This document shows, in pieces, positions 46,552 to 55,731 of a DNA stretch of 64,000 nucleotides. This DNA comes from Bdellovibrionales bacterium (lineage in GTDB: Bacteria; Bdellovibrionota; Bdellovibrionia; Bdellovibrionales; JAGQZY01). The stretch spans positions 70,449 through 134,448 of the forward strand of contig JAYUQP010000040.1 in the NCBI GenBank assembly GCA_043757265.1. The letters are read 5' to 3'. The number at the start of each line of letters is the position of its first letter. The stretch's first letter is position 1. A program made the translations under genes and the position numbers. The notes below the pieces were generated by a model. That model made no database searches and was not told the DNA's origin. It saw nothing but the letters and a program-made list of their open reading frames with translations.

Positions 46552-47502
46552 AGGCTTTTTAGTGCTGGCGGCGGTCTTGGAGACAGTATCCAATACACGC
46601 ATTATATCAGGGCGAACAAATCCGCGCTCAATGTTGTATTTCACGTATTTTTCGTCGAATACATTTTCTTGCAAACATTCGAGGAGTAACTGAAAGAAAA
46701 AATTTTGCTGATGAACATCAGGGTGCGGTTTATAGAAATTGCCCGATTCAAAATCAACCCACCCCATTTTTGCTTTGAATTTTCTCAAAAGGAAAGACGG
46801 CGAGATTGTTTTTTTACCGAGCTTTAAAGTCAATTCTCTCGTAGTGTCAAAGTCTCGGGGTAAGCCAGTTTTCCAGGGCTGAGTCGCTCGCTCCGTCATG
46901 TGCAGCAATTTGGTGTCTGCATCCAAATGGTCAAAAGAGTTCCATTCATCGGGTAGAATACCAATGGTCTCTTGGTTTTCTAGCTTCAGCCCGATCCAAT
47001 CCCCATAATCGAATTTTTTGGCGAATAGATCTTCAATCACCTCATCCCACTTCCAATGTGTAAGTTTAGCGCAATCGAGTAGCATCACACTTGTACCAAA
47101 GAATGATTTTGAATAACCCGTGTATTTGCCGGAGTTCACTTGACGAGCCCAAATTGGTTTTTGATTGAAATCAAAAAGTTCTCCAAGCTTTGCGATGTCC
47201 GAGCTCACAGCAAAGACATCGGGGTCTGTGACGATTGCGACGCCTTTAAAAGACATTAACTGAGGAGGGAGGAACCGAAGAGGCGAGAAAGATTGAAGGT
47301 CCGAATTAACCCATGTTGCCTTGCGACCCTTGCGTAAATAAGTGCGACCCTCTTTAGAAGTTAAGACAGGGTGATTTTTCAGCTCAATAAGCTCCGCGAC
47401 AACGTTGCCGCCTGAGAGCTTTTTGAAAGAATAGGCGGCAACTTTAGCACCTAATAGTTGCGAGTCGTTTGTGTGAATAAAGACTTTTATATCTGACATC
47501 AA
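46525..47502 (-). CDS. GT8-like glycosyltransferase (paralog B)
   Basis: N-terminus KVFIHTNDSQLLGAKVAAYSFKK, then VTDPDVF, SVMLLDCAKLTHW and LHMTERATQPW. Its 3' end overlaps the convergent AT3 gene by 27 nt. Confidence 0.6.
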   Translation of the reverse strand: MMSDIKVFIHTNDSQLLGAKVAAYSFKKLSGGNVVAELIELKNHPVLTSKEGRTYLRKGRKATWVNSDLQSFSPLRFLPPQLMSFKGVAIVTDPDVFAVSSDIAKLGELFDFNQKPIWARQVNSGKYTGYSKSFFGTSVMLLDCAKLTHWKWDEVIEDLFAKKFDYGDWIGLKLENQETIGILPDEWNSFDHLDADTKLLHMTERATQPWKTGLPRDFDTTRELTLKLGKKTISPSFLLRKFKAKMGWVDFESGNFYKPHPDVHQQNFFFQLLLECLQENVFDEKYVKYNIERGFVRPDIMRVLDTVSKTAASTKKPLHFSVTNP

Positions 47503-47540
47503 ATATTTATTTCACGAAGTTCTATCTCTGTCTAATACAA

Positions 47541-48497
47541 TCAAGGCCTGATCAGAGTGAGATGAAACCGGTCGCCCTTCCCTAGATATGAGAAGAGAAG
47601 TACCAGAGGCTTAAAGATGGCATTTAAAATTCCCGAATTTAAAAAAACATGACTTGGCTTATTTCTTAAAAACCCTAAGTCTTGAATGGCGTACCCGAGG
47701 CTCCGGGCAAAGTCCTTTGATATATTTTCGTGGTTCAAGGCCGAAAAACGGAAGCCCACGGACTGGCTGAGGGCCGTAAGCCTCTCGGGTGGGTATAAAA
47801 TGATGTGGCGAGGTGCTTCAAGGCCATACCAGGCTGATTTGAAGAAGCGGGCGCTAATTCCACCTGGGTTTGGCACCACTAAATGCAGAAACCCTCCAGG
47901 TCGAAGTTTATTGAAAAAAATCTTAAGAAGTTCGGTCGGGTTGTAAACATGTTCGAAAACGTGGTTTAACAAAATCAGGTCTAAACTATGATCAGCAATC
48001 ATTTCTAATTTAGGGTCCTCGAGTGTGTGAATGGCCTGGTGCCCGCTGCTTGCCACCGAGTCTACAGACTCCTTCGAAAAATCAGCACCAATTGTTTTCC
48101 ACCCAAGGGCGCGCATCAAGTCTAAATGCGCAGGAGAGCCACAGCCATAGTCTAAGAAAGTTCGATTTAAAGCATCGCCAAACGAAAGTAATTTTTTTTT
48201 GGTGTCGGGCCATTTATCAATTTTTCGTGGGTCTTTTGGGATTACGAACTTCTTTTGAACCGACGGTGCTCGATGGGGGGCGTACTGGACGGGATAAAAA
48301 GTGCTGATGTAATGAGATGCAATTTGCGGATTTTGAAAAACAACTCGACACTCGCTGCAAAGGTCATAATTAAATAATTCAGTCGAAACCTTCATGTCCC
48401 TGTCAGTTGAAGATGCCCAATTTGCAAAGCGTTCCGATCCGCAAGATGGGCAGGCACTAAGGACCGTGCTTGGAATATTTTCCATGTTGTCCCTCAT
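47541..48497 (-). CDS. Class I SAM methyltransferase with an N-terminal Cys4 zinc ribbon
   Basis: Start at MRDNMEN (ATGA overlap with the upstream stop). Contains CPSCGS...CSEC, LDYGCGSP and LILLNHVFEHV. Confidence 0.8.
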   Translation of the reverse strand: MRDNMENIPSTVLSACPSCGSERFANWASSTDRDMKVSTELFNYDLCSECRVVFQNPQIASHYISTFYPVQYAPHRAPSVQKKFVIPKDPRKIDKWPDTKKKLLSFGDALNRTFLDYGCGSPAHLDLMRALGWKTIGADFSKESVDSVASSGHQAIHTLEDPKLEMIADHSLDLILLNHVFEHVYNPTELLKIFFNKLRPGGFLHLVVPNPGGISARFFKSAWYGLEAPRHIILYPPERLTALSQSVGFRFSALNHENISKDFARSLGYAIQDLGFLRNKPSHVFLNSGILNAIFKPLVLLFSYLGKGDRFHLTLIRP

Positions 48498-49309
48498 TTG
48501 ATCGATTTTAGAAAATGCCGTGAGGTGTTGTAAATGGAAGCGAACCAAGAAGGTATTCCAGAAAAACCGTAACGGTCGGCAATATTTTCATTTTCAATAT
48601 ACTCAGCCACCTTTAACTCACTACACAACGTACGAAAATCTTTTTCGGGTTCTAAAGGGCTCAAAAAAGGAGTAAGGCTTGTCATCGAAACTCCTCGCGA
48701 CCGTAGTGCTTCCCGAACTTCGATCAGCCCTTGATAGTATTCATTGTAGCGAACTTCTGCGCTTTTATTTTTCCACATGGTGTGCTGCTGGTGCGCATGA
48801 TGGTTTTTATTGAGAGCACCATTATCGCAGCCCACAAGTATAATGTTTTTTGCTCCCATGTTCGCGGCTAAGTTTGCCGCCGTCTGTGAAACGGAACTCC
48901 ATAAATACAGATAGTCTTCAGTGGGTTCTCGCACCCAATTGAGATTCCGACCAACAACATCGATGTGGTCAACGATTTTGCCAGTCTGGTTTGCCGCTTT
49001 AGATTTGAAAAAGTGAAAGTTTTTTTCCACGGCGTAAGCCCGCTGCTGTTCGTTTAGCAATTTTTCGAATTTTGTAATCCAAATGATTTCAGGATGAGGA
49101 GATTCATTCGGCATGAATTCAGCGATGTTGAGTTCGGGCCTTGTGGTAAGGCAATAAGTCACCGGCGCTAATTTCCACGCCATGTTCAAACCAATGGTGA
49201 TTTTGCCTTCGAGAAATTCAACCGGAAAGATGCGCATGCTTGCACCCGTACCAACAACGTAGATATCAGAACCAGTGTGCTTTTTATAAAGCTCTGTGAC
49301 GCTTTTCAT
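48494..49309 (-). CDS. DUF115 / MptE-like domain protein (Maf-type putative glycosyltransferase)
   Basis: Contains DIYVVGTGASM, ITIGLNMAW and AANLAANMGAKNIILVGCDN. Confidence 0.55.
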   Translation of the reverse strand: MKSVTELYKKHTGSDIYVVGTGASMRIFPVEFLEGKITIGLNMAWKLAPVTYCLTTRPELNIAEFMPNESPHPEIIWITKFEKLLNEQQRAYAVEKNFHFFKSKAANQTGKIVDHIDVVGRNLNWVREPTEDYLYLWSSVSQTAANLAANMGAKNIILVGCDNGALNKNHHAHQQHTMWKNKSAEVRYNEYYQGLIEVREALRSRGVSMTSLTPFLSPLEPEKDFRTLCSELKVAEYIENENIADRYGFSGIPSWFASIYNTSRHFLKSIK

Positions 49310-49411
49310 GAGTATAATACCTTCTTAAACAAATAAAACGCTATTGGTTTCATAGGGCATCTGCCAGGCTTAAATGAACCGATAGTGTGCGCATTGCGCT
49401 ACAGACTATTA

Positions 49412-49438
49412 TTGACTGGAACCATGCGCAACTATAAA
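49412..49438 (+). promoter_or_regulatory. Candidate promoter for the oxygenase-MBOAT operon
   Basis: TTGACT (49412-49417), 15-nt spacer, TATAAA (49433-49438). The spacer is short. A nearby GCGCA-T-TGCGC dyad lies at 49389-49399. Confidence 0.25.
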
Positions 49439-49465
49439 TTTTTTTGTCCCTTTGAAGGAGATGAA

Positions 49466-50278
49466 ATGTCAGCAAGCTACCTTTTCGCTTTGAACAAGCT
49501 GCAGCAAATAGGTTCAAACAACAAAGAGATCTATATGAATGCTGACCCATTTCCCCACATCGTAATGGATCATTTTTTCGATGAATCGATCTTGAATTCC
49601 GTACTTAACGAATTTCCAGATTTATCTTCCGACCGTTGGAAAAGCTATAAACATGCTTACAGCGAAAAATTAGCGAACTCGTCAGAGGAGCAGCTTGGAG
49701 AGTTGACTCGTGAGCTTATATATCAACTCAACTCATCGCCATTTTTACGTTTTCTAGAGCAAATAACGGGGATTGAGGGCCTCATTCCGGATCCTCATCT
49801 GGTTGGCGGAGGCTTGCATCAAATAGAGCGTGGAGGCTTTCTTAAAATACATGCAGATTTTAATTTCCACAAAACCCTCAAGTTAGATCGTCGGATCAAC
49901 TTACTGGTCTATTTGAATAAAGACTGGAAAGAGGAATATGGTGGACACTTGGAGCTTTGGGACAAAGACCTCAAAGGTTGTAAAAAGAAGATTGCCCCAC
50001 TTTTTAATCGCGTGGTTTTATTCAATACCACCGATACAGCTTTTCACGGTCATCCTGAGCCTTTGCAGTGTCCTGAGGGACGTCGAAGACGTTCGATTGC
50101 TATGTACTATTATTCAAATGGGCGCCCCGTAGCTGAAAAAAGCGAAGCACACTCGACATTGTATAAAGAAAAAATGGAAAAGGATGCGGTGTTTAAAAAA
50201 GCCATGGGAGCCTCGTTTGTTAAACAGCGTGTTAGATCACTTATTTCAAAAATAAAGAGCATTACTTCTCAGGTTTAA
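49466..50278 (+). CDS. 2OG-Fe(II) oxygenase family protein
   Basis: The ATG at 49466 follows AAGGAG (49455-49460). Contains the HxD...H motif (KIHADF ... FHGHPEP) and RRSIAMYYY. Confidence 0.8.
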   Translation: MSASYLFALNKLQQIGSNNKEIYMNADPFPHIVMDHFFDESILNSVLNEFPDLSSDRWKSYKHAYSEKLANSSEEQLGELTRELIYQLNSSPFLRFLEQITGIEGLIPDPHLVGGGLHQIERGGFLKIHADFNFHKTLKLDRRINLLVYLNKDWKEEYGGHLELWDKDLKGCKKKIAPLFNRVVLFNTTDTAFHGHPEPLQCPEGRRRRSIAMYYYSNGRPVAEKSEAHSTLYKEKMEKDAVFKKAMGASFVKQRVRSLISKIKSITSQV

Positions 50279-50288
50279 GAGGCAAAAG

Positions 50289-51758
50289 TTGTTATTTAAT
50301 TCCTTCGAATTTATTTTTTTATTTCTACCTGTGGTATGGATTTTTTATCATTTTTTAATTCAAAAAAGTTTTCCCAAAGCCGCATTTAGTTTTTTAGTTT
50401 TAGCATCGCTCTTTTTTTACGGTTATTGGTCTATCTCCTACTTGGCTCTGTTAATTTTTTCTCTTCTAGTAAACTTTGCCTTTGGAAAGATTCTACAAAG
50501 ATATTCCAAAAAGTTCATTCTTGTTATCGGTATCATTTTTAATCTTTCGATAATAATTTACTTTAAATACAGCAATTTTTTTATTGATAACATCAATCTT
50601 TTTGCGACCGCAAAAATTCCCCATCTAGAGTTATTTCTGCCACTCGGTATTTCCTTTTTTACCTTTCAACAGATCACATATCTCTGTGACATTTTTACCG
50701 GTAAACTAAAAAACAGCCAATTTTTGAATTACGTTTTGTACCTTACTTTTTTTCCTCATTTACTAGCAGGTCCCATTACGCACTACCTGCAAATGGTCCC
50801 GCAATTTGAAAAGTCCAAAACAGTTAAACAAATTTCAAATAAGATGCTGGCTGCTGGCTGGGCAATTTTTGTAATCGGCCTTTTTAAAAAAGTTGTGCTC
50901 GCGGATCACATATCGCCAATCTCCGATGCGCTTTTTAATAATTCAAGCACAGGATCCATATCGTTTCTCGATGCGTGGGTAGGAACCTTTGCCTATGCTT
51001 TCCAAATCTATTATGATTTTTCTGGCTACTCGGATATGGCAATTGGTTTGGCGCTTCTATTTGGTATCGAACTTCCTCTCAATTTTTACTCTCCTTACAA
51101 AGCTGTCAATATCATCGAGTTTTGGCGACGCTGGCATATGACATTGTCTAAGTTTCTGAGAGACTATCTTTACATTCCGCTCGGGGGCGGGCGCGTGGGA
51201 GCCCAAAGACGGCACGTAAACCTTATGATCGTGATGCTGTTTGGTGGTCTTTGGCACGGCGCTGGGTGGAACTTTATTATTTGGGGTGGATTGCATGGAA
51301 CATATCTTATTGTTAATCATGCGTTCCAGCGAAGTTTTGCAACTTCTCAAAAATCCAGAAGCAGTACAGAGTGGACGAACGGTTTTTTTACCATCGTCAC
51401 ATTCCTCGCGGTATGTTTAGCTTGGATTTTCTTTCGGGCCCCAAATTTGGATGCCGCTAATAACGTGTTGAAAGCAGCTTTCAATGTAGGGCAATTTTCA
51501 ACAAAGTTTGCACTTTTAAATCAAGTTATAAAGTTTGAACACTTTTACCTTTTTGCAGTCATCATCTTTATAACTTGGGGGCTTCCCAATGTTTCACAAA
51601 TCTTCCAGTATCAAGATATTGGCGGTGAAACGAAGCGATCAAGGTTTCAGTTCGACGGAAGTTCTCCATATGCAGCCCCGTGGGTTTTTTCTTTGTTATT
51701 TTTCTTTTCCGTCGTGTTTTTAAGCCGTATTAGTCCTTTTTTGTATTTTCAATTTTAG
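50289..51758 (+). CDS. MBOAT-family membrane O-acyltransferase (AlgI/DltB-like)
   Basis: TTG start. N-terminus MLFNSFEFIFLFLP. Contains FWRRWHMTLSKFLRDYLYIPLGG and LWHGAGWNF. Confidence 0.9.
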   Translation: MLFNSFEFIFLFLPVVWIFYHFLIQKSFPKAAFSFLVLASLFFYGYWSISYLALLIFSLLVNFAFGKILQRYSKKFILVIGIIFNLSIIIYFKYSNFFIDNINLFATAKIPHLELFLPLGISFFTFQQITYLCDIFTGKLKNSQFLNYVLYLTFFPHLLAGPITHYLQMVPQFEKSKTVKQISNKMLAAGWAIFVIGLFKKVVLADHISPISDALFNNSSTGSISFLDAWVGTFAYAFQIYYDFSGYSDMAIGLALLFGIELPLNFYSPYKAVNIIEFWRRWHMTLSKFLRDYLYIPLGGGRVGAQRRHVNLMIVMLFGGLWHGAGWNFIIWGGLHGTYLIVNHAFQRSFATSQKSRSSTEWTNGFFTIVTFLAVCLAWIFFRAPNLDAANNVLKAAFNVGQFSTKFALLNQVIKFEHFYLFAVIIFITWGLPNVSQIFQYQDIGGETKRSRFQFDGSSPYAAPWVFSLLFFFSVVFLSRISPFLYFQF

Positions 51759-51766
51759 AGAGATGC

Positions 51767-52894
51767 ATGAATTATAGTTTGTTTATACGAAGAACCATCA
51801 TCATAAGCATGTCACTGGTTTTAGGCCTGCTTGCTTTCAACTCAATTTTAGATCCGTATGATATTTCTCCAGCTCGTGTAACAATTTCGCGAATAAACAA
51901 AATCAAACCTTCTACCGACAATTTTGGTCGGTTACATAAGTCCTTCCAATCCATTTATTCAAACTCTCAGGTGTTAATCCTAGGCAACTCGCGAATCGAT
52001 CGCGGCGTGGATCCTGCTAATTATCCAGATATTCGGGCCTACAACGGTTCCTATCCGGGAGCCATACCTCATGAACTATTTGCTAATCTAAAAACTGCCT
52101 ATGGCGTAAATTCAAATTTAAAAGTGGTTTTTATTGGAGTCGATTTGATGATGTTTAATCATCTGCGGAATCCTTCACAGACGGAATTTTCTGTTTCAGG
52201 CGATCGACCACTTTCGATCTACTATGATGCGTTTACAAAATTTATAAAAATGAACTTGAGCTGGGATACGCTCATCCAAAGTTTGAGCACGTTGAAATAC
52301 AATTTTAAAAACGCTCATGGTTTGTTTTATTCCAAATTGGGGCACTTTGCTTTTTTTGACCACAGTCCAATCAACGACGCCCAACTTAATTCGGATCAAC
52401 TTTTAAGAACATATGCGAGCGAGACGGATGTTTTTAAAGATTACAAAATCTCGAAACCGAGCCTGGCTGGGCTTAAAGAGATTGTTACGTTTTGCCGACA
52501 AAACTCGCTGCAGTTGAAGATATTCATCGCACCAACGCATCCAACAATGCAGGAACTTATTTTTCAATTAGGGCTTTGGCCAACATGGGAGACCTGGAAG
52601 CGGAATCTTGTGGAGATCGCACCAATCTATGATTACTCAACCTACGATCAGTATACAACGGAACCCATCAAAAAACAGATGGAATACTTTTACGAGGTGG
52701 CCCACTTCAAACCTGCACTCGGCAGGATTCTGATGCGTGATTTGTTAAATCCCACTGAGAGCTTATCCCTGATAACGAAGAAAAATGTCGACGAAAAATT
52801 GCGTGCCCATGCCGAAAAGCACCGCCGATGGCGGCATTCAAACCTGCGAGATAGCGAGCGTGTGGGATTTATACTTTCTAAACCGAATCAATGA
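51767..52894 (+). CDS. N-terminally anchored periplasmic protein, possible DltD/DUF1574-like acyl-transfer partner of the MBOAT
   Basis: TM anchor followed by LILGNSRIDRG (compare GSSE in DltD) and, late in the sequence, EVAHF. Adjacent to the MBOAT gene. The assignment is weak. Confidence 0.4.
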   Translation: MNYSLFIRRTIIISMSLVLGLLAFNSILDPYDISPARVTISRINKIKPSTDNFGRLHKSFQSIYSNSQVLILGNSRIDRGVDPANYPDIRAYNGSYPGAIPHELFANLKTAYGVNSNLKVVFIGVDLMMFNHLRNPSQTEFSVSGDRPLSIYYDAFTKFIKMNLSWDTLIQSLSTLKYNFKNAHGLFYSKLGHFAFFDHSPINDAQLNSDQLLRTYASETDVFKDYKISKPSLAGLKEIVTFCRQNSLQLKIFIAPTHPTMQELIFQLGLWPTWETWKRNLVEIAPIYDYSTYDQYTTEPIKKQMEYFYEVAHFKPALGRILMRDLLNPTESLSLITKKNVDEKLRAHAEKHRRWRHSNLRDSERVGFILSKPNQ

Positions 52895-52926
52895 TACACG
52901 CTGCTATCCTCGTACGGGAGCTCCAA

Positions 52927-53835
52927 TTATAAAATAGGTTTCCACGAGAGAATAGAGGTCGCATTGTTCAATATTGTCGAACAGTAGTATTTCTTTTTTT
53001 CCGTTATTTGAATTTTGCCTTTTTTCTCAAGATCACTAAGAACATCATAAAGATCTAAGTTCTGTTGGCGTTTTTCGGCAAACTTTTTGTTGCCGCTATC
53101 TATTTGTGCCATCAGATTCAAATCTTTTTGCGCCAGCCAGGAATCATCCTGCCACTGAAAACCTACTGGCTCTAAGTGCAGCACGTCTGTTAAGCCAGGT
53201 ATTTTGGCGATACGTTCCATCAAGTCTTGGGGAATGTTGGTGATTTGTTCGAGACTGTGATGAGAAAAAACGACAGTTGGAATGTTTTCAGTTAATGCAG
53301 AAAAATCAGCATTATAATAGTCGAACTCAAACGTTTTTAAATTCATTTTTGGAGCCGCATGCGTTGCAATTTTGCGAAACAATTCCCTGCCGGAGTTGGT
53401 CAGTTCATACGAGCAGTAGTCGGCATCTACAGGAGCTCCATAAAGCCAAAGTTTGAACAGATTTTTACCCCAACCAGCGCCAAGCTCAATGATACGTTTT
53501 GTGTTTTGAGTTTTTTCCACGATGTAGCGGTTTTTAAGAGACTCCACAAGAAGACTGTAAATATTCACCGAACAAGATTGCGGTTTTACAACCTGTCCAT
53601 CAAAAATAAATCCCGAAATTTTTCGGTCTTTGTCACGGTCTTGATTCTTCTTGATCAGCGCGGCATCGTGGTACTCGGGCCCGAAATCTCGGCGCATTAA
53701 AAGCGTAAGGCGACTCAGGTCTGTTTCACCCTCAGCAATCAGCTTTTCTGCTTTTAATCGGGTTTCGGTCCAAAGATGTTCATAGGTGTCTTTTACAAAA
53801 GCTTTTCTGTCATTCAAATCCGCATGGGAAATCAT
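52927..53835 (-). CDS. Class I SAM methyltransferase (putative)
   Basis: IIELGAGWGKNLFKL is motif I. Confidence 0.6.
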   Translation of the reverse strand: MISHADLNDRKAFVKDTYEHLWTETRLKAEKLIAEGETDLSRLTLLMRRDFGPEYHDAALIKKNQDRDKDRKISGFIFDGQVVKPQSCSVNIYSLLVESLKNRYIVEKTQNTKRIIELGAGWGKNLFKLWLYGAPVDADYCSYELTNSGRELFRKIATHAAPKMNLKTFEFDYYNADFSALTENIPTVVFSHHSLEQITNIPQDLMERIAKIPGLTDVLHLEPVGFQWQDDSWLAQKDLNLMAQIDSGNKKFAEKRQQNLDLYDVLSDLEKKGKIQITEKKKYYCSTILNNATSILSWKPIL

Positions 53836-53966
53836 AAAACCTCCGAGAGATTCTTCCTTTACTGAAATCCCTAGGTGAAGTCTTTAAAATAATAAGCGAC
53901 TTTAATGCTACGAGCCAAGGGGTGCTGGATGTTGCAAGGGATTCCCTGAAAGAGTACGTAATCAAG

Positions 53967-54821
53967 ATGTACAAATTCAAGCCGCTTTCCAAACCTGTAA
54001 CGTATCAATTTCAAGATCAAACCTTCTCGTGGGGTGATTGTAAAAAATGGTCTCTTTTTTCGGGACCTGACATCGTCGAAGACGAAGGCATGGTTATGGA
54101 AGTGGCCCAGGAGCTTAAAAAGCTTGCCGCAAAACACAACGTCAACTGGTTTTTAAAATGCTCGTTTGATAAAGCCAACCGCACCAGTGGCACAAGCTTT
54201 CGTGGCCATGGCGTAAAAGAAGGTTTGGCGATGCTAGCCAAAATCAAAGGAAAAATCGGCTGTCCAATTCTTACTGATGTGCACGAAACATGGCAGGTGC
54301 CGATGGTAGCAGAAGTGGCGGATGTGATTCAGATTCCTGCATTTCTTTGTCGGCAAACAGATCTTCTTTTAGCGGTCGCTGAAACGCAAAAAGTGGTGCA
54401 CGTGAAAAAGGGGCAGTTTTTAGCCCCGTGGGATATGAAATCAGTTGTGGATAAAATCAAGGGCGCCGGAAACGACAGAGTGCTTCTGTGCGAACGCGGC
54501 ACAACGTTTGGCTACAACCGACTAGTCAATGACATGATGGGCCTCGTGGACATGCGCTCTCTGGGGGTTCCAGTGATTATGGATGCCTCGCATTCGACCC
54601 AATTGCCTGGGGCTTCAGGTGTGGCCAGCGGTGGACGCTCAGAAATGATTCCCGTGTTAGCGAAAGCGGCCATGGCTGTGGGTGTTGATGGTCTTTTTAT
54701 CGAGACCCACCCAAACCCCGATAAAGCGCTTTGCGACGGGCCAAGCAGTCTTCCGCTCAATCAAATGGACGATCTCTTAACGACCCTCAATCAGCTTTGG
54801 AAATCTCACGAAAATAATTAA
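53967..54821 (+). CDS. kdsA: 3-deoxy-8-phosphooctulonate (Kdo-8-P) synthase
   Basis: Contains CSFDKANRTS, ILTDVHE, IQIPAFLCRQTDLL, KKGQF and LFIETHPNPDKALCDGPS. Start chosen at MYKF, giving about 284 aa. Confidence 0.92.
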   Translation: MYKFKPLSKPVTYQFQDQTFSWGDCKKWSLFSGPDIVEDEGMVMEVAQELKKLAAKHNVNWFLKCSFDKANRTSGTSFRGHGVKEGLAMLAKIKGKIGCPILTDVHETWQVPMVAEVADVIQIPAFLCRQTDLLLAVAETQKVVHVKKGQFLAPWDMKSVVDKIKGAGNDRVLLCERGTTFGYNRLVNDMMGLVDMRSLGVPVIMDASHSTQLPGASGVASGGRSEMIPVLAKAAMAVGVDGLFIETHPNPDKALCDGPSSLPLNQMDDLLTTLNQLWKSHENN

Positions 54822-55624
54822 GCCGGTTTGTGGGCAACTAGCGTCCAGCTGTATCCGTGCCGGTGATAAACGGTATCAATTGTAAAACGGTGATTTTTCA
54901 GAAGCGAAATGATTTCGGCTTTTTTATAATATTTTGCGTATGCAGGATTGAGCTGGTCGTAGACGACAAGCACTCGCGCCCTATAATGAATTTTAAGAAT
55001 AACGTCGCGCATATAGGTATTCATCGGCATTGGCAACCATCGGCAAAGTTGTGCATAAAAAGTCAGCAGGGAACCCAAAACATGTGACAAAGCCGCAAGC
55101 ATCCAGTGGGGGCAGTGGGTTGTGAATTTGCGAAGAACACTTGCGACGCCGAGGTAAAACTCGTTTCCTTCATAACCGTATACCCACAAAATGAATTTTC
55201 CGCCCGGGATAAGCGAATTGTAGATTGAATCCAACACAGGGCCTGGCTCGGGGATATGATGCAAAACGCCGATGCATACGGCAGTGTCCACGTTTTTTAC
55301 CGAAATCTCATCGCCACGGCAATGAACCAATACAACTTTGTCGCCATACGATTCTAGGTTTTTTTTGAGCACGCTAAAGGCCCTTGATGGCTCAACGGCT
55401 ACAACCCTATTTACGCCTGCCTCTATTAGCATAGCCGCAAATCTACCGGTACCAGCGCCCACATCTAAAACAGTTTTTTCCGAAAAAAATACACTGTCGT
55501 AATGTGGCCCCAGAATATCTTTTAAATATTTAAGAGAGGCATAATATCCAACGTTTTCTTGATAAGCGGTCCACTGATCACCAAAGTCCGCAATGGTTTT
55601 GTCTCGAGTCGTAACAGATTTCAT
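54818..55624 (-). CDS. Class I SAM methyltransferase
   Basis: Contains VLDVGAGTGRFAAML and VCIGVLHHIP. Convergent 4-nt overlap with kdsA. Confidence 0.8.
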   Translation of the reverse strand: MKSVTTRDKTIADFGDQWTAYQENVGYYASLKYLKDILGPHYDSVFFSEKTVLDVGAGTGRFAAMLIEAGVNRVVAVEPSRAFSVLKKNLESYGDKVVLVHCRGDEISVKNVDTAVCIGVLHHIPEPGPVLDSIYNSLIPGGKFILWVYGYEGNEFYLGVASVLRKFTTHCPHWMLAALSHVLGSLLTFYAQLCRWLPMPMNTYMRDVILKIHYRARVLVVYDQLNPAYAKYYKKAEIISLLKNHRFTIDTVYHRHGYSWTLVAHKPA

Positions 55625-55731
55625 ACTGCTCGGAATGCTATATTAGATTTGACCCAGAACGCAAATAGAATTAGTTTTTTAGAGTAATAACTCATTTAAC
55701 AAAAGTGTAAAACTTGTACAAAGATTGAGAT

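Noticed and set aside
50049-50060. gtcatcctgagc inside the 2OG oxygenase gene, matching 12 nt of the REP-like core
   Set aside because: It is a short match confined to coding sequence (HGHPEP, part of the catalytic His region) with no flanking similarity. Most likely coincidence.
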